Assembly: GCA_026413945.1 (NCBI GenBank)
Contig: JAOAJX010000001.1
Coordinates: 139,116-203,115, forward strand
DNA length: 64,000 bases
Direction of reading: 5' to 3'
From: Candidatus Iainarchaeum sp.
GTDB lineage: Archaea; Iainarchaeota; Iainarchaeia; Iainarchaeales; DTGL01
The notes beneath the pieces were generated by a model. It did no database searches. It was not told the DNA's origin and was given only the letters and a program-made list of their open reading frames with translations. Below are positions 1 through 11,902 of this stretch, piece after piece (within the stretch, counting starts at the first letter, position 1; each line of letters starts with the position of its first letter). The position numbers were made by a program, and so were the translations under genes.

Positions 1-487
1 GTGCTGTTTTTTCAGCCAAATTTAAATCATTTATTTTCAACTTAGTGACTTCACTAACTCGCAGACCGCTTGAATACAAAAGCATCATTATAAGCTTATC
101 TTTCTTTCTTGTAGTGGAATTTATAATTCTCAGTACCTCTTCGCGGGTCATCACAACAGGCAACTTGGTGCCTTTTTTTGGTCTTTTTATATCTTCCATA
201 ACCTCGCTTTTAAGATACTCTTTGAAGAAATGCCTCAACGCAGAATAAACCAAGCACATTGTTGAATCCGTTGCATTATTCTGTTTTTTGTATGCCATGT
301 AAGCAATGATATCTTCTCGATTTACATTTAAGGGATCTTTCTTAACAAACTCGAGAAACTCTTTTAAGTAAAGCAAATACATCTTCAGAGTTCTGGCTGA
401 AAAACCACCAACTATAAGTTCTCTTCTAAACGCTTCTACGTACTTCTCAATAAAATCATCTTTTTGTGACTTTGCAATGTCCATCAT
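1..487 (-). CDS. xerA: XerA/XerC-D family tyrosine recombinase, N-terminal part (runs off left edge)
   Basis: Manual translation (not in ORF track): MMDIAKSQK...GFSARTLKMY...PKKGTKLPVVMTREEV...LLYSSGLRVSEVTKLKINDL, i.e. SAM-like domain plus catalytic box I. Confidence 0.9.
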   Translation of the reverse strand, partial: MMDIAKSQKDDFIEKYVEAFRRELIVGGFSARTLKMYLLYLKEFLEFVKKDPLNVNREDIIAYMAYKKQNNATDSTMCLVYSALRHFFKEYLKSEVMEDIKRPKKGTKLPVVMTREEVLRIINSTTRKKDKLIMMLLYSSGLRVSEVTKLKINDLNLAEKTA

Positions 488-557
488 TAATATATTGCTT
501 AATCATTTAAAAAAAGCATTTGGTAAATAATCATAAAAAACCACTTTGATCAAAAAT

Positions 558-2438
558 TTAACTATGAATTGTTGTCCTTATTGAATCACCTTGCTTTTTC
601 ACCGCTATACTAACTTCTTTCCCGCTAAAATTGATTCGCCTTTTTAAGTAGTTCACATTATATGGCAATTTTGGATTTATGCTTATTTCTCCTTTTGGAG
701 CAAACGGCTTAATACCCAACATAAATTCATCTATGGCCCTTATTACAAGTGCAGCACCCCATAATTGTAATTTACAACCCATCGGCTCAAAATTGTTACT
801 ATTCCATGATTCGCCTATACAGCCAACAGCGTCATCTTCAGTTAACTGATCCATAATTTTTAAGATTTCATAGCCTTTCTCAGTTCTACCAAGCATGAAC
901 TCAGCGCAGGCCAGCCAACCGGTGCAAAGAGACCAAGCTTGGCCATTGTGATATGCTGCTGGATTATACTCCTTGCTATTTCTTGATAGACTCATAACCC
1001 CTTTTTCACAGAACATGTCCTCGGATTCGAAGCTCTCAATTTTTTTGCTAAAAAGACCCATTAATATTGCCACAAGTGCATTTGGTCTTTTAGAAAAATC
1101 CATTTGATCTCCAACAAGACGATCAGCGTATACACCATCAGAGTAAAAACTTTTTTGAATAATATGTCTTTGCCTTCTAGCCACGCTTTCAGACTCACAG
1201 GCCAAAGCCAAAGCTTTACTGCTCGGTCTTTTTGTGATAAAAACTAGTTTCGAGAAATCATCCAGAGCTTTAGAAAATAATGCTTGTATTTCTATGGCAT
1301 TGTCACGTCTGTTGATAGTATCCATCCATGTTTCATTTTCTTTTGAATCATGCGATATAAAACCACGACTATCACACCTAGATAGTAAGTACTCAATTAT
1401 TTGACACATCACTTCAAGATTTTTTTCCAAAAAACTTAAGTCTCCAGAGAATGCAATGTAATCATAAATAGCAGATATATACATAATGCTAGAGTCTATA
1501 GAAGAATAGTTTCTTTCATTTTCATAGATGTAATTTGGAACTTTTCCATCAACTACATTTTCAGAAAATAGTGTTAATATTTCTTTTGCACGACCCAAAA
1601 AACCAGAATATAATATTGCCGGTATGCTCCAAAAAAGATCTCTTCCCCAAAATTGCAAAAACCAAGGCAACCCAGCATAGTAGGCTCTACCACCAAAAAG
1701 CAACTCCATATTTATTGTAGCTTTCTTGTAAAGATTAGAAATCAATAGATCATCTGATTCAATGTTTTTTGCCAATAACTCATAAAAATTTCTTTTTACA
1801 AATAAATCATCACTGCTAATTTTCTTCTCAGAACCAATCGAGAAAACAATTCTTACTTCTTTCCCATCTAAATAGAATCTGCCGGGAACATAGAATCTTT
1901 GTCTTTCTCCACATGGGCTGTGTTCTTTATACTGCGGCTCTAATCTAAAAGACATTTTTCCAAGCAAGCAGGAAATGCAAATCTTTCCAAGCTCAGATTC
2001 TACCTCAACTATATTAGAATCTTCTAAAAACTTTGTTTGATATGTTCTTTCATGCCAATTTTCTTCACGTCTTCTGATATTTAATGCGACCTCTAATTCA
2101 GCATCAATATTTTTTTCATTTGCATTTTTCAGTTCAACAACTATACAGGCATCACTCAAAGGGGTCCAAACCGACTGCAAAAAAACACCATCTTTCAAAC
2201 TATGAGCATGAGTGGCTCTTGCAAAATCATATGTTGTTTTAATACAGTTATTTTCTGATAGGTATTCTCCACCAACTTTAAAATCAAAAAATTCCAGGAA
2301 CTTTTTATTTTGCGACCAAAAACCAGTCCATTTTGTTTTGAATCCAGTGTCGCAATACCTATGAAAAAAACAATTTTTGTTGCTTAAAAAATAAGAGTAT
2401 TTTCCTAAATTATAATTTTTACTTAAAGATGAAAACAT
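558..2438 (-). CDS. Amylo-alpha-1,6-glucosidase (glycogen debranching enzyme-like)
   Basis: AGLPWFLQFWGRD, TWMD, YHNGQAW, Q-x-W motifs of the GDE_C family. Confidence 0.85.
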   Translation of the reverse strand: MFSSLSKNYNLGKYSYFLSNKNCFFHRYCDTGFKTKWTGFWSQNKKFLEFFDFKVGGEYLSENNCIKTTYDFARATHAHSLKDGVFLQSVWTPLSDACIVVELKNANEKNIDAELEVALNIRRREENWHERTYQTKFLEDSNIVEVESELGKICISCLLGKMSFRLEPQYKEHSPCGERQRFYVPGRFYLDGKEVRIVFSIGSEKKISSDDLFVKRNFYELLAKNIESDDLLISNLYKKATINMELLFGGRAYYAGLPWFLQFWGRDLFWSIPAILYSGFLGRAKEILTLFSENVVDGKVPNYIYENERNYSSIDSSIMYISAIYDYIAFSGDLSFLEKNLEVMCQIIEYLLSRCDSRGFISHDSKENETWMDTINRRDNAIEIQALFSKALDDFSKLVFITKRPSSKALALACESESVARRQRHIIQKSFYSDGVYADRLVGDQMDFSKRPNALVAILMGLFSKKIESFESEDMFCEKGVMSLSRNSKEYNPAAYHNGQAWSLCTGWLACAEFMLGRTEKGYEILKIMDQLTEDDAVGCIGESWNSNNFEPMGCKLQLWGAALVIRAIDEFMLGIKPFAPKGEISINPKLPYNVNYLKRRINFSGKEVSIAVKKQGDSIRTTIHS

Positions 2439-2506
2439 TATTCCAAATATAAAAATGAAAGTTATTTAATCTTTATTATTTTTATTTACTATCGAAAGGC
2501 GGTTTA

Positions 2507-4318
2507 ATGCAAAAAGATTTCACGGTTTTTGAAGTTGGTTGGGAAGTTTCAAATAAAGTTGGTGGCATATACGCTGTTCTTTCAACAAAGGCAGCTGAAT
2601 CTAAAAACAGCCTTAAAAACTTTTTTACAATAGGGCCTTATTTTAGAAGAAATGCAGCCATTGAGTTTGAGGAAGAAACTCCTTCAAAAGAGTTCGCACA
2701 AGTATTTGATTACTTAAAAAAAACCCACGGCATTATCTGCCACTCAGGCCATTGGCTTGTTCCAGGCAGACCAAAGTGCTTACTAGTAGACCCTAATGAT
2801 TTAAAAGCAAAAACCAACGAAATAAAACGCGAATTTTGGGATCTATATAAGATCGATTCTCTGGGCTCAGGTGATGATTACAACGAACCAATTGTTTGGG
2901 GCAAAGCAGTCGGCCTCTTGCTGGAACAACTCATTAAAGAAGTCTTCTCAAAAGAACACGAGTTAAAAAAATGCATAGTTCATTGTCATGAATGGCTTTC
3001 TGGTGGAACACTGCTTCATTTAAAGCATTATTTGCCAGAAGCAAAAACAATTTTTACAACGCATGCAACCATGCTCGGAAGGTGTATAGCTGCCTCAGGA
3101 GAACCGTTACATGAGGAAATACTTTCAAAATTAAATACTGATGAAACAATGCCAATAGATCGCGCTTACCGATATGGCATACAGGCAAAGCACCTCACTG
3201 AAAAAGCCTGCGCAAAAAATGCGACAATATTTACAACAGTTTCCGATTCTTGTGCAAATGAAGCCAAATATATTCTTGGGCGAAAACCAGATATCCTGAC
3301 ACCAAACGGCCTTAATGTTGAAAAGTTTTATGTGATGGAAGAACTCGCAAACTTGCATGTTGTTTATAGGAATATCATTAGAAGATTTTTATTGGATTAC
3401 TTTGCGCCTTATTACTATATAAATGTCGAAGATAGTTTATTTTATTTTATATCCGGCAGATACGAAACAAGAAACAAGGGAATAGACCTTTTCATAGACG
3501 CGCTTGGCTTACTCAACAAAGAACTTAGCTCAGACCAAAAAAGCACCACCTTATTTGCTTTCATTTTTGTGCCCGCACCAAATAGAGGTAAAAATATAGA
3601 GCTTTTGAAACATATGGCATTATATGAGCGCTTAGAAGACGAAATTGAGGATGAAATAAGAAAAATAAAAAACCGCTTATATTACAGCATATCTAAAGGA
3701 GAGCCACCAACAGGCAACAATCTTCTTGATGACGAGTTTCTATACAAAGTCAAAAAGATGCTCTTTGAACTTAAGCATGAAAATAACGAGTTACCACCAA
3801 TAAGTGTTCTTGAGGTTGACGAAAATGATACAATACTAAATCTAATAAAAAAGAATGGCTTACTAAATAGAGAAACAGATAAAGTAAAGGTTTTATATTA
3901 CCCAACTTATCTTAGCACAGCCGATGGTTTGATAGGCCTTGAATATTATCAAGCAGTGATTGGTTGTCATTTAGGGGTTTTTCCGAGCTACTATGAGTCT
4001 TGGGGATATACTCCGTTGGAGACTATTGCACTAGGGCTGCCAACAGTAACAACTGACCTTAGTGGCTTTGGCCAATATATAATGAAGACCGTTAATAGTG
4101 ACATAGCTAAAAAAGCGGTAAAAGTTATTCAGAGAGCAAACGTGCCTTATGCACAATCCCTGTCTGAGCTTGTCAGCCATTTGCGCTACATCTATGATCT
4201 TCCCAAAAGAAATCGCGGCGATCTTAAAATAATTGCTAAGCAACTAAGTTATGACTTGTCTTGGCAAAATCTAATTGAAAATTATCTTAATGCGTATGAG
4301 CTTGCTGCTCAGCGCTAG
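2507..4318 (+). CDS. Glycogen synthase, GT3 family
   Basis: FEVGWEVSNKVGGIY, HCHEW, FTTHATMLGR, GRYE..NKG.D, GCHLGVFPSYYESWGYTPLE. Confidence 0.92.
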   Translation: MQKDFTVFEVGWEVSNKVGGIYAVLSTKAAESKNSLKNFFTIGPYFRRNAAIEFEEETPSKEFAQVFDYLKKTHGIICHSGHWLVPGRPKCLLVDPNDLKAKTNEIKREFWDLYKIDSLGSGDDYNEPIVWGKAVGLLLEQLIKEVFSKEHELKKCIVHCHEWLSGGTLLHLKHYLPEAKTIFTTHATMLGRCIAASGEPLHEEILSKLNTDETMPIDRAYRYGIQAKHLTEKACAKNATIFTTVSDSCANEAKYILGRKPDILTPNGLNVEKFYVMEELANLHVVYRNIIRRFLLDYFAPYYYINVEDSLFYFISGRYETRNKGIDLFIDALGLLNKELSSDQKSTTLFAFIFVPAPNRGKNIELLKHMALYERLEDEIEDEIRKIKNRLYYSISKGEPPTGNNLLDDEFLYKVKKMLFELKHENNELPPISVLEVDENDTILNLIKKNGLLNRETDKVKVLYYPTYLSTADGLIGLEYYQAVIGCHLGVFPSYYESWGYTPLETIALGLPTVTTDLSGFGQYIMKTVNSDIAKKAVKVIQRANVPYAQSLSELVSHLRYIYDLPKRNRGDLKIIAKQLSYDLSWQNLIENYLNAYELAAQR

Positions 4319-5486
4319 CTCCAAGGCGCATCTTGAGATCGCTTATTGCATTTAAATAATTTATGTAAGCGTCATAAGGAGTTTCATAAGGGTTGAAGTA
4401 CTTATGTACGTCGCCATCAGCAAACCACTTTGTGCACATATAGTAAAAATGATCGGATGTTTGCAGTAGTCGCCAATTGTGTAAAAGCTTAGGATCTTTA
4501 TTCCTTTTAATTTTACCTTCAAGTGCCCTAATCTCATTAAAAGCATGCAGTTGGATTTTATTTTCAATCCAAGCAGATAAATCCCTATCAATATCGGCCC
4601 AAGATAAGAAATGTGGAACATCGATTTCGTCTTTTGGTTCGAGTTTTTTTATTAAACTAGACGCACATGAAAACTCACAATCTTTGTACTTAAGTATCTC
4701 TAGAGGCAAGTACCTAAGAAATTCAAATATTCCTGTTTCAGGCCATTGATGTTCGCCAAATGTTTCATAATCCATAAATATATTCACACAATCCCCTTGT
4801 GTAGCAGCTATCCATGATGCATATTTATCTGCAGTTAACGGGTATTCTACCCAATTTCTCTCAGAAAACCTGAATGCAACATCATCACTAAGACGGTAAT
4901 TGCGAAGCAATAGCATAAGATTTTCACCTTTTGCCTTATAAAGATAATTTGGGCTTCTCCACCCCAGTATCCTTTCACTCCCTTCCGTTATTGCCCCTTT
5001 AAAACCAAGCTTAGCAACAATCTTTGCAATATCGTTATTATAAACTGCCTCTGTGTTTCTGAATATTTTTGGCTTAACCCCAAAAACCGATTTTATCTTT
5101 TTCCTGTGCAGCTTTACTTGCTCCCTAAATTCTCTTTCAGAAATCAAAAAAGAGAGTGAATGGTAATATGTTTCACTAAAAAGCTCAGCACATCCGCTTT
5201 CAACAAGTGCGGCAAAGCTTTCAATAGTTCTTGGAGAATAAAATTCAAGCTGTTCAATAAGTGTCCCAGTTATACTAAAATTAACCTTTAAAAGCCCATC
5301 TGTTTTGTTTATAAGCTCAAGAATTAGGTTATTAGTTGGCTCATAGCATTTCCTTACAACACGCTCAAGATATGCTTTGTTCTTATCCTCATCAAAATAA
5401 CTCTTTCCCGACCCAATATCAAAAAAAGAGTAGTTACCTATCCTCATCGGCTGATGAACTTGAAAATAGAGACAAATTTTTTTCAT
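4287..5486 (-). CDS. GH57 family alpha-amylase
   Basis: FQVHQP, ETYYHSL, FRNTE, MDYETFGEHQW, QTSDHFYYM; start moved to ATG 5486 behind GGTGA SD. Confidence 0.92.
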   Translation of the reverse strand: MKKICLYFQVHQPMRIGNYSFFDIGSGKSYFDEDKNKAYLERVVRKCYEPTNNLILELINKTDGLLKVNFSITGTLIEQLEFYSPRTIESFAALVESGCAELFSETYYHSLSFLISEREFREQVKLHRKKIKSVFGVKPKIFRNTEAVYNNDIAKIVAKLGFKGAITEGSERILGWRSPNYLYKAKGENLMLLLRNYRLSDDVAFRFSERNWVEYPLTADKYASWIAATQGDCVNIFMDYETFGEHQWPETGIFEFLRYLPLEILKYKDCEFSCASSLIKKLEPKDEIDVPHFLSWADIDRDLSAWIENKIQLHAFNEIRALEGKIKRNKDPKLLHNWRLLQTSDHFYYMCTKWFADGDVHKYFNPYETPYDAYINYLNAISDLKMRLGASAEQQAHTH

Positions 5487-5490
5487 AAAA

Positions 5491-6687
5491 TCACCTTGCG
5501 ACTGAGTAATAAACATTCAAACAATCTTTTGCTACATCATTCCAATTACGGTATCTCAAAATCTCAGCCTTTGCCCTTTCTTTGAGCTCTTCATTTAATG
5601 GTTTGTAACTGAGAAGGGCAAGTATCTTATTTGCTAGACCATTAACATCCCAAAAATCTATCTTTAGACAATTTCTAATTACTTCACTAACGCCACTTTG
5701 TTTGCTTATTATCACCGGAACTTCACAGGCAAGTGCCTCTAATGCTGTTAGACCAAAAGGTTCAGAGACGCTTGGCATAACAAACACATCCGCAATCGAG
5801 TAATACTTTGAAACATCGCTTTCAAAACCAACAAAATGAATCCTATCAGCTATCTCCAAATCTACGCTTTTTTGCATAAGATAAGGCATTTGGTCGCCAG
5901 TACCGACAATAACAAACCTAACATTTTTATTTTTCTCTAAAACTTTTTTTGCAGCATCAATGAAAAATTCAACACCTTTTTGTATCGTAAGACGTCCAAC
6001 GTATAGCACTATTTTGTCATTAAACATCTTTTCAATATTCATGCGCTTATATTTATCGAGGTCAATTGCGTTATAAATTACTGTTATCTTGTTTGGATTT
6101 ATTCCATACCTGTCAACAAGTTGCCTTTTCTCGTATTCACTAACTGTTATAATGGCATCTGCCTCAAGAAGACCTAACCTTTCTATGTGCATTATCTCAG
6201 TATTCGGAAAAAGGTTGCCTGTACGATCATATTCTGTGCTATGGATCGTAACAACCAAGGGTTTCTTTAAAACCCTCTTTAGGGCTATCCCTGCAGAATA
6301 AGTCATCCAGTCATGGCAGTGTATGATATCACAATCAATTTTTGAGCCGATTTCTATCGCCCTGTTGTTATAATATCTTACTTCATCAAAGAAGTGCCAA
6401 CCATAAATAACATCAATTGATCTTTTGTATTTACTTTCAACAGGTAAAGTAATGTATGGTGTTAATTTTGAGCTTACACCAAAAAATTCAACTCCGTTAG
6501 CTTGTATTATATCAATGAAATCATATTTGATACTTTTGCCAGTATATGGCATAATGAAAGTTATTTTAGTATTTAATGAACTCAACGCTTTCGTGAAACC
6601 TAAAAGGTATGTTCCTAATCCGCCAGATTTAAAAGGTGGAAATTCCCAACCCAACATTAAGACGTGAAACTTTTTCATCTTTATCAC
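5491..6687 (-). CDS. GT4 family glycosyltransferase (glycogen cluster)
   Basis: GWEFPP..SGGLG, HCHDWMT, HSTEYDR, PSVSEPFGLTALEA. Confidence 0.9.
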   Translation of the reverse strand: MIKMKKFHVLMLGWEFPPFKSGGLGTYLLGFTKALSSLNTKITFIMPYTGKSIKYDFIDIIQANGVEFFGVSSKLTPYITLPVESKYKRSIDVIYGWHFFDEVRYYNNRAIEIGSKIDCDIIHCHDWMTYSAGIALKRVLKKPLVVTIHSTEYDRTGNLFPNTEIMHIERLGLLEADAIITVSEYEKRQLVDRYGINPNKITVIYNAIDLDKYKRMNIEKMFNDKIVLYVGRLTIQKGVEFFIDAAKKVLEKNKNVRFVIVGTGDQMPYLMQKSVDLEIADRIHFVGFESDVSKYYSIADVFVMPSVSEPFGLTALEALACEVPVIISKQSGVSEVIRNCLKIDFWDVNGLANKILALLSYKPLNEELKERAKAEILRYRNWNDVAKDCLNVYYSVAR

Positions 6688-6794
6688 AAAGAAGATTATA
6701 TTAAATTATTGGCTTTTATATTTAAAATAGTTACCTTTCAGGAATTAGTGAAAGTTAACCAGATAAATTACTACTTCTTAGAAGAATAATTCTT

Positions 6795-8030
6795 CTAATT
6801 TCTTTTATTTGCTTTCGCCAATGCTTCTAGCCCAAACAACCGTTCGCCAGAAATAAGCTCGAGCAATGCTTTACCAGCTAGGCTTACATGACTAAACTCA
6901 CTTTCTTTAAATCCAAGTCTGCCTAAAGCCGTAACTGTGTCTCCGCCACCGATCAAGCTAAAGCCTTTAGAAGAAGCCATTGCTTCTAATACTTTTCTTG
7001 TTCCAAAAGCAAAAAGCTCTGATTCAAACTTTCCAACAGGGCCATTCGCAATTACACTCTTTGCTTTTTTTATTTCTCTTGAATATATTTCTGCGGTTCT
7101 TTCACCTATATCAAATGTCATTTCATTTACAGGTAAATCCTTGATAAGTAACTCTTCACGAAGCGTATGCCTTTCAATAGCCAAATCAACTGGCAATAAT
7201 AGTTTTTTTTCGTGTTTTTGCATTATTTCTTTTAGCTTTGGCAAAAAATCGAGTAGACCTTTTTCTTTCAACATTTGTTCCTTAGAACCAAGTTTTATTC
7301 CTTCAGCAATAAGAGCCATTTCTCCTAAGCCACCACCAAGAAGAATTTTATTTGCTTTCCCCATAACAAGGAGTTTTTCCATAATGGCTATTGAATCATC
7401 AGGTTTCATTCCCCCAAGCACAAGTGTATATTTTCCCTTTATTTTGGATAGCTTTGCAAGGGCCTTCAACTCTTCGTATAGCAGTGGTCCAGCATAGCTT
7501 TCCAGCAAAGGTATAAAACCAACAACACTAGCATGCCCTCTATGGGAGACACTAAGTGCATCTAATACAAAGAAGTTACTAACTGATGCTATCCTCTGTA
7601 TCAATGGGTTTTTTGAGTGCTCATCTTCGCTCAATTCATTTGTTTCAAAATCTAGGAAGCGAGTATTTTCAAGAATTAATGCTTGTCCAGGCGTAAGACT
7701 TTTTATCTTGCTCACATAGTCGTCATCCCATTTGCAAAATCCGATGCTTTGGCCTAGCATTTGCTCCAAAACTGCTTTGTGCTGCTCCAGAGATATGAAG
7801 TCATCCCTACCTTTTCTTCCTTGATGCGCTAAAACCACTACCTTTGCTTTATGGTCAATAAACTTTTTTATTGTGCGAAAATGCCCAACTATTCTCGGGC
7901 TTCTAATAAGTTTGCCATCTTTTACAGAGCTATTTAAATCAACTCTTAACAACACAACTTTATCTTCAACTCTTCCAAAATCAATTTCCTTTATATTCTT
8001 AACAATTTCCTTTATCTTCATCGCTGGCAT
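6795..8030 (-). CDS. pgk: Phosphoglycerate kinase
   Basis: LRVDLNS, LAHQGR, LENTRF, HRGHAS, NGPVGKFE, GGGDT. Confidence 0.95.
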   Translation of the reverse strand: MPAMKIKEIVKNIKEIDFGRVEDKVVLLRVDLNSSVKDGKLIRSPRIVGHFRTIKKFIDHKAKVVVLAHQGRKGRDDFISLEQHKAVLEQMLGQSIGFCKWDDDYVSKIKSLTPGQALILENTRFLDFETNELSEDEHSKNPLIQRIASVSNFFVLDALSVSHRGHASVVGFIPLLESYAGPLLYEELKALAKLSKIKGKYTLVLGGMKPDDSIAIMEKLLVMGKANKILLGGGLGEMALIAEGIKLGSKEQMLKEKGLLDFLPKLKEIMQKHEKKLLLPVDLAIERHTLREELLIKDLPVNEMTFDIGERTAEIYSREIKKAKSVIANGPVGKFESELFAFGTRKVLEAMASSKGFSLIGGGDTVTALGRLGFKESEFSHVSLAGKALLELISGERLFGLEALAKANKRN

Positions 8031-8034
8031 GTGA

Positions 8035-9036
<1,002 letters not shown>

Positions 9037-9060
9037 TTAAATATTTTGCTTTCAAAATAT

Positions 9061-10464
9061 TTAAATCTTACGTGTATTTTCCAATATTTTTTCAGCCTCT
9101 TTTTCGTCAACGCCAAAATAAATCAGCTTCTTATAAAGCATTTTAGTTATTTCGGCTAGCTTTTTTTCGCTTTTTGCTTCAGCTCTCACAATAAGTTTTG
9201 CACTTGTATTACTTGCCCTAACCAAAAACCAACCATCTTCCAAAATAACACGCGCACCGTCAATGCTTATTACCTCATACTCTTTGTCAAAATAATCTTT
9301 CATATCTTCAACAATTTTCCATTTTTTTAACTCTTCACAAGAAAGCCTTATCTCAGGTGTTATATAGTATCTTGGAAATTCTGAAATCATCTCACTAAGT
9401 GATTTGCTTGAGCTACAAACAATTTCACAAAGCTTCAGTGAAGCATAAATTGCGTCATCAAATCCAAAATAATTTTCCCGAAAAAACATATGCCCAGACA
9501 TTTCACCAGCAAGCAAAGCGTTTTCATCAACCATTTTCTTTTTTATAAGGGAATGCCCTGTTTTATACATTATCGGGATTCCGCCGTTTTTTCTTATTAT
9601 TTCAGGCAGAGCCTCTGAGCACTTAACCTCAAAAACAACTTTTGCCCCTTTCTTTCTGTCGAGCAAATCTTTTGCAAATAATGCTAGTAAGTAATCGCCT
9701 GCAATTATGTTACCTTTCTCATCAACAGAACCAATGCGGTCAGCATCACCATCAAAAGCGAGGCCAATATCTGCCTTAATCCTGCGAACCTCTTTAATCA
9801 AATGCCTGAGGTTTTCTGCTTCTACCGGATCAGGGTGATGATTTGGGAAACTCCCGTCAGATTTACAAAAGAGGAACTTTGCTTTACAACCAGCGCCTTC
9901 AAAAACTTCTTCTGCAACTAAAGAAGAGCAGCCATTGCCACAGTCAACTACAACATCAATCGGTTGGCTTATTTTGATCCTTTTAAGGATATTTTCAATA
10001 TAATTTTCTAATACATCTGCCTTTTCCAGATTTCCTTTCCCATGCTCAAAATCTTCTCCTATAACCATATCCTTTATCTGCCTAATCTGCTCACCATACA
10101 TAGTTAGCGCATCTTTTGATGCGCTTAGCTTAAGCCCATTAAAATTTTTTTCCAAATGAGAGCCAGTTATCATTGCTCCGCCATCCGCTTTTAGATGTAT
10201 TATGGAAAAATATAACGCGGGTATAGGCACTAAGCCAATTGATATAACATTGCAACCGCTCTCAAGAACTCCTTTGCAAAAAGCATTCATTATTCTATCA
10301 CTGCTTTCCCTATCATCTTTGCCAACCACAACTTCTTGCCCAGAATTTCTAAGCACAATGGTTCCAAAGGCTCTACCAATAGCATAAACAGTTCTATCAT
10401 TTAATTCATTTGCTTCACCACGAATATCATATTCGCGGAATATTTCTGCTCTAATTTTCAGCAT
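9061..10464 (-). CDS. Phosphomannomutase/phosphoglucomutase (AlgC-like)
   Basis: IFREYDIRG, ITGSH, FDGDADR, GEMSGH, RASNT. Confidence 0.93.
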   Translation of the reverse strand: MLKIRAEIFREYDIRGEANELNDRTVYAIGRAFGTIVLRNSGQEVVVGKDDRESSDRIMNAFCKGVLESGCNVISIGLVPIPALYFSIIHLKADGGAMITGSHLEKNFNGLKLSASKDALTMYGEQIRQIKDMVIGEDFEHGKGNLEKADVLENYIENILKRIKISQPIDVVVDCGNGCSSLVAEEVFEGAGCKAKFLFCKSDGSFPNHHPDPVEAENLRHLIKEVRRIKADIGLAFDGDADRIGSVDEKGNIIAGDYLLALFAKDLLDRKKGAKVVFEVKCSEALPEIIRKNGGIPIMYKTGHSLIKKKMVDENALLAGEMSGHMFFRENYFGFDDAIYASLKLCEIVCSSSKSLSEMISEFPRYYITPEIRLSCEELKKWKIVEDMKDYFDKEYEVISIDGARVILEDGWFLVRASNTSAKLIVRAEAKSEKKLAEITKMLYKKLIYFGVDEKEAEKILENTRKI

Positions 10465-11428
10465 TTTTGGCCCTTATGTTTTTTCTATACAAAGTAGCTG
10501 CCTCTTCAGGCGAAACTATATTTATTATGCACTCAGTTGCTTCTTCAAAGCCAGCTCTTTGGATGACTCTGGGTGATATGCAAAGATGCATATGGAAATC
10601 GCCTTTACATGGCATCTGAAAAAAATAATTAAAATCAGCATTAATGCTTTTCAATGCCAACAAGGCTTTCTTTAACACAGATGCGAACTCATCAATTGTT
10701 CCGTCACTCATTTTTCCTATATTTGGGACGTGCTCTCTTGGGAAGATCCAAAGCTCGTAAGCAGCTCTAGACGCAAAAGGAGTAAAGGCCACTACATTCT
10801 TTCCAGAATACACCATGCGTTTAGAGTTTAGCTCTTTTTCTATGGCCTTACAATATGGGCAAATTTTGTGCTTCCTTTTGTAACTTTCAAAAGCCCGTAT
10901 TTTTGAGTCAAGCCGCTCAGAAACTCTATTAGTTGCAATTATTTGTGAATGTGCATGTGATAGGCTCGCACCTGCACTCGCACCCTGGTTTTTGAATATA
11001 GTTACTTCTTTTATTCTATTGTCTTTAACTATCTTCACAAACCTTTCTCTATAAACTTTTATAAGATCAGAAATATCTCCCTCCGGAAGATCGCAAAGGT
11101 CTTTTCTATGGTCCGAGGTCTCAATTATAACCTCATGTACGCCAACAGCATCGCACCTTTCCAATAGCATTTCTTTTGTCCAACCTATCTTTCCCCTCTT
11201 TAAGACCGCCGGGAATTTGTTTGGCACAACCCTTATCCTCCAGCTCTTAGCATTTTCTGGATAACGTTTAATTTCGGCTGGTGTCCAATCCTCATGCTCA
11301 GGACAGAATGGACATTTGCTTTTTGGCGATCTTTTTGTAATTGCTTTTAAATGATGTGGTCGCTGGCTTCGTGAAGTTGCAATTATAACCCAACTACCTG
11401 TTATGTAATCTTTCCTATACTCGTGCAT
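10451..11428 (-). CDS. galT: GalT-family nucleotidyltransferase (HIT superfamily)
   Basis: CPFCP, RVVPNKFP, GVHEVIIET, KNQGASAGASLSHAHSQ. Confidence 0.85.
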   Translation of the reverse strand: MHEYRKDYITGSWVIIATSRSQRPHHLKAITKRSPKSKCPFCPEHEDWTPAEIKRYPENAKSWRIRVVPNKFPAVLKRGKIGWTKEMLLERCDAVGVHEVIIETSDHRKDLCDLPEGDISDLIKVYRERFVKIVKDNRIKEVTIFKNQGASAGASLSHAHSQIIATNRVSERLDSKIRAFESYKRKHKICPYCKAIEKELNSKRMVYSGKNVVAFTPFASRAAYELWIFPREHVPNIGKMSDGTIDEFASVLKKALLALKSINADFNYFFQMPCKGDFHMHLCISPRVIQRAGFEEATECIINIVSPEEAATLYRKNIRAKNAEN

Positions 11429-11451
11429 GATTTATAAAGTGTGTCGAACAA

Positions 11452-11892
11452 TTATAATTCTTTATGTTTTTTTATTTTTCCCAGTCTATCTAAAAAAATA
11501 TTTGCCTTTTTAAGTACTTCGGCCGAATTACTAAAAGTAATCTTTTCTAGGGCTTTTTTGCAAGATAACCATTCATATCCAATATGCTCATCCGAAAGAT
11601 AAACTTCCTTAGTTTTACTCTCAACAAGGAAAAAAATAACCTCTTTCTTTACAACCTGACCTTTCTCGATAAATGAGTAACTTATTCTTTTGCGGAATCC
11701 ACAAATAATCTCGAAATCAGAAATACCTGTTTCTTCCAAAAGCTCTCTTAGCATTGCCTCTTGTTCGCTTTCACCTTTCTCAACATGTCCTTTTGGAAAA
11801 TCCCAGTGGCCTTTAGCATAATGAAGAACCAAGAAAACCCTTGGCTTAGAGTCAAAGAAAACTATTGCGCCTGCACTTTTTTCTTTTTTCAT
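11452..11892 (-). CDS. Nudix hydrolase, Ap4A hydrolase-like
   Basis: EKSAG, HWDFPKGHVEKGE..REL.EETG Nudix box, LSDEH. Confidence 0.88.
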   Translation of the reverse strand: MKKEKSAGAIVFFDSKPRVFLVLHYAKGHWDFPKGHVEKGESEQEAMLRELLEETGISDFEIICGFRKRISYSFIEKGQVVKKEVIFFLVESKTKEVYLSDEHIGYEWLSCKKALEKITFSNSAEVLKKANIFLDRLGKIKKHKEL

Positions 11893-11902
11893 ATAAACAT
11901 CA

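Noticed and set aside
1-487. Recombinase as the integrase of a provirus or mobile element
   Set aside because: Looks like chromosomal XerA; the visible neighbours are metabolic genes; no att or tRNA seen (left flank not visible)
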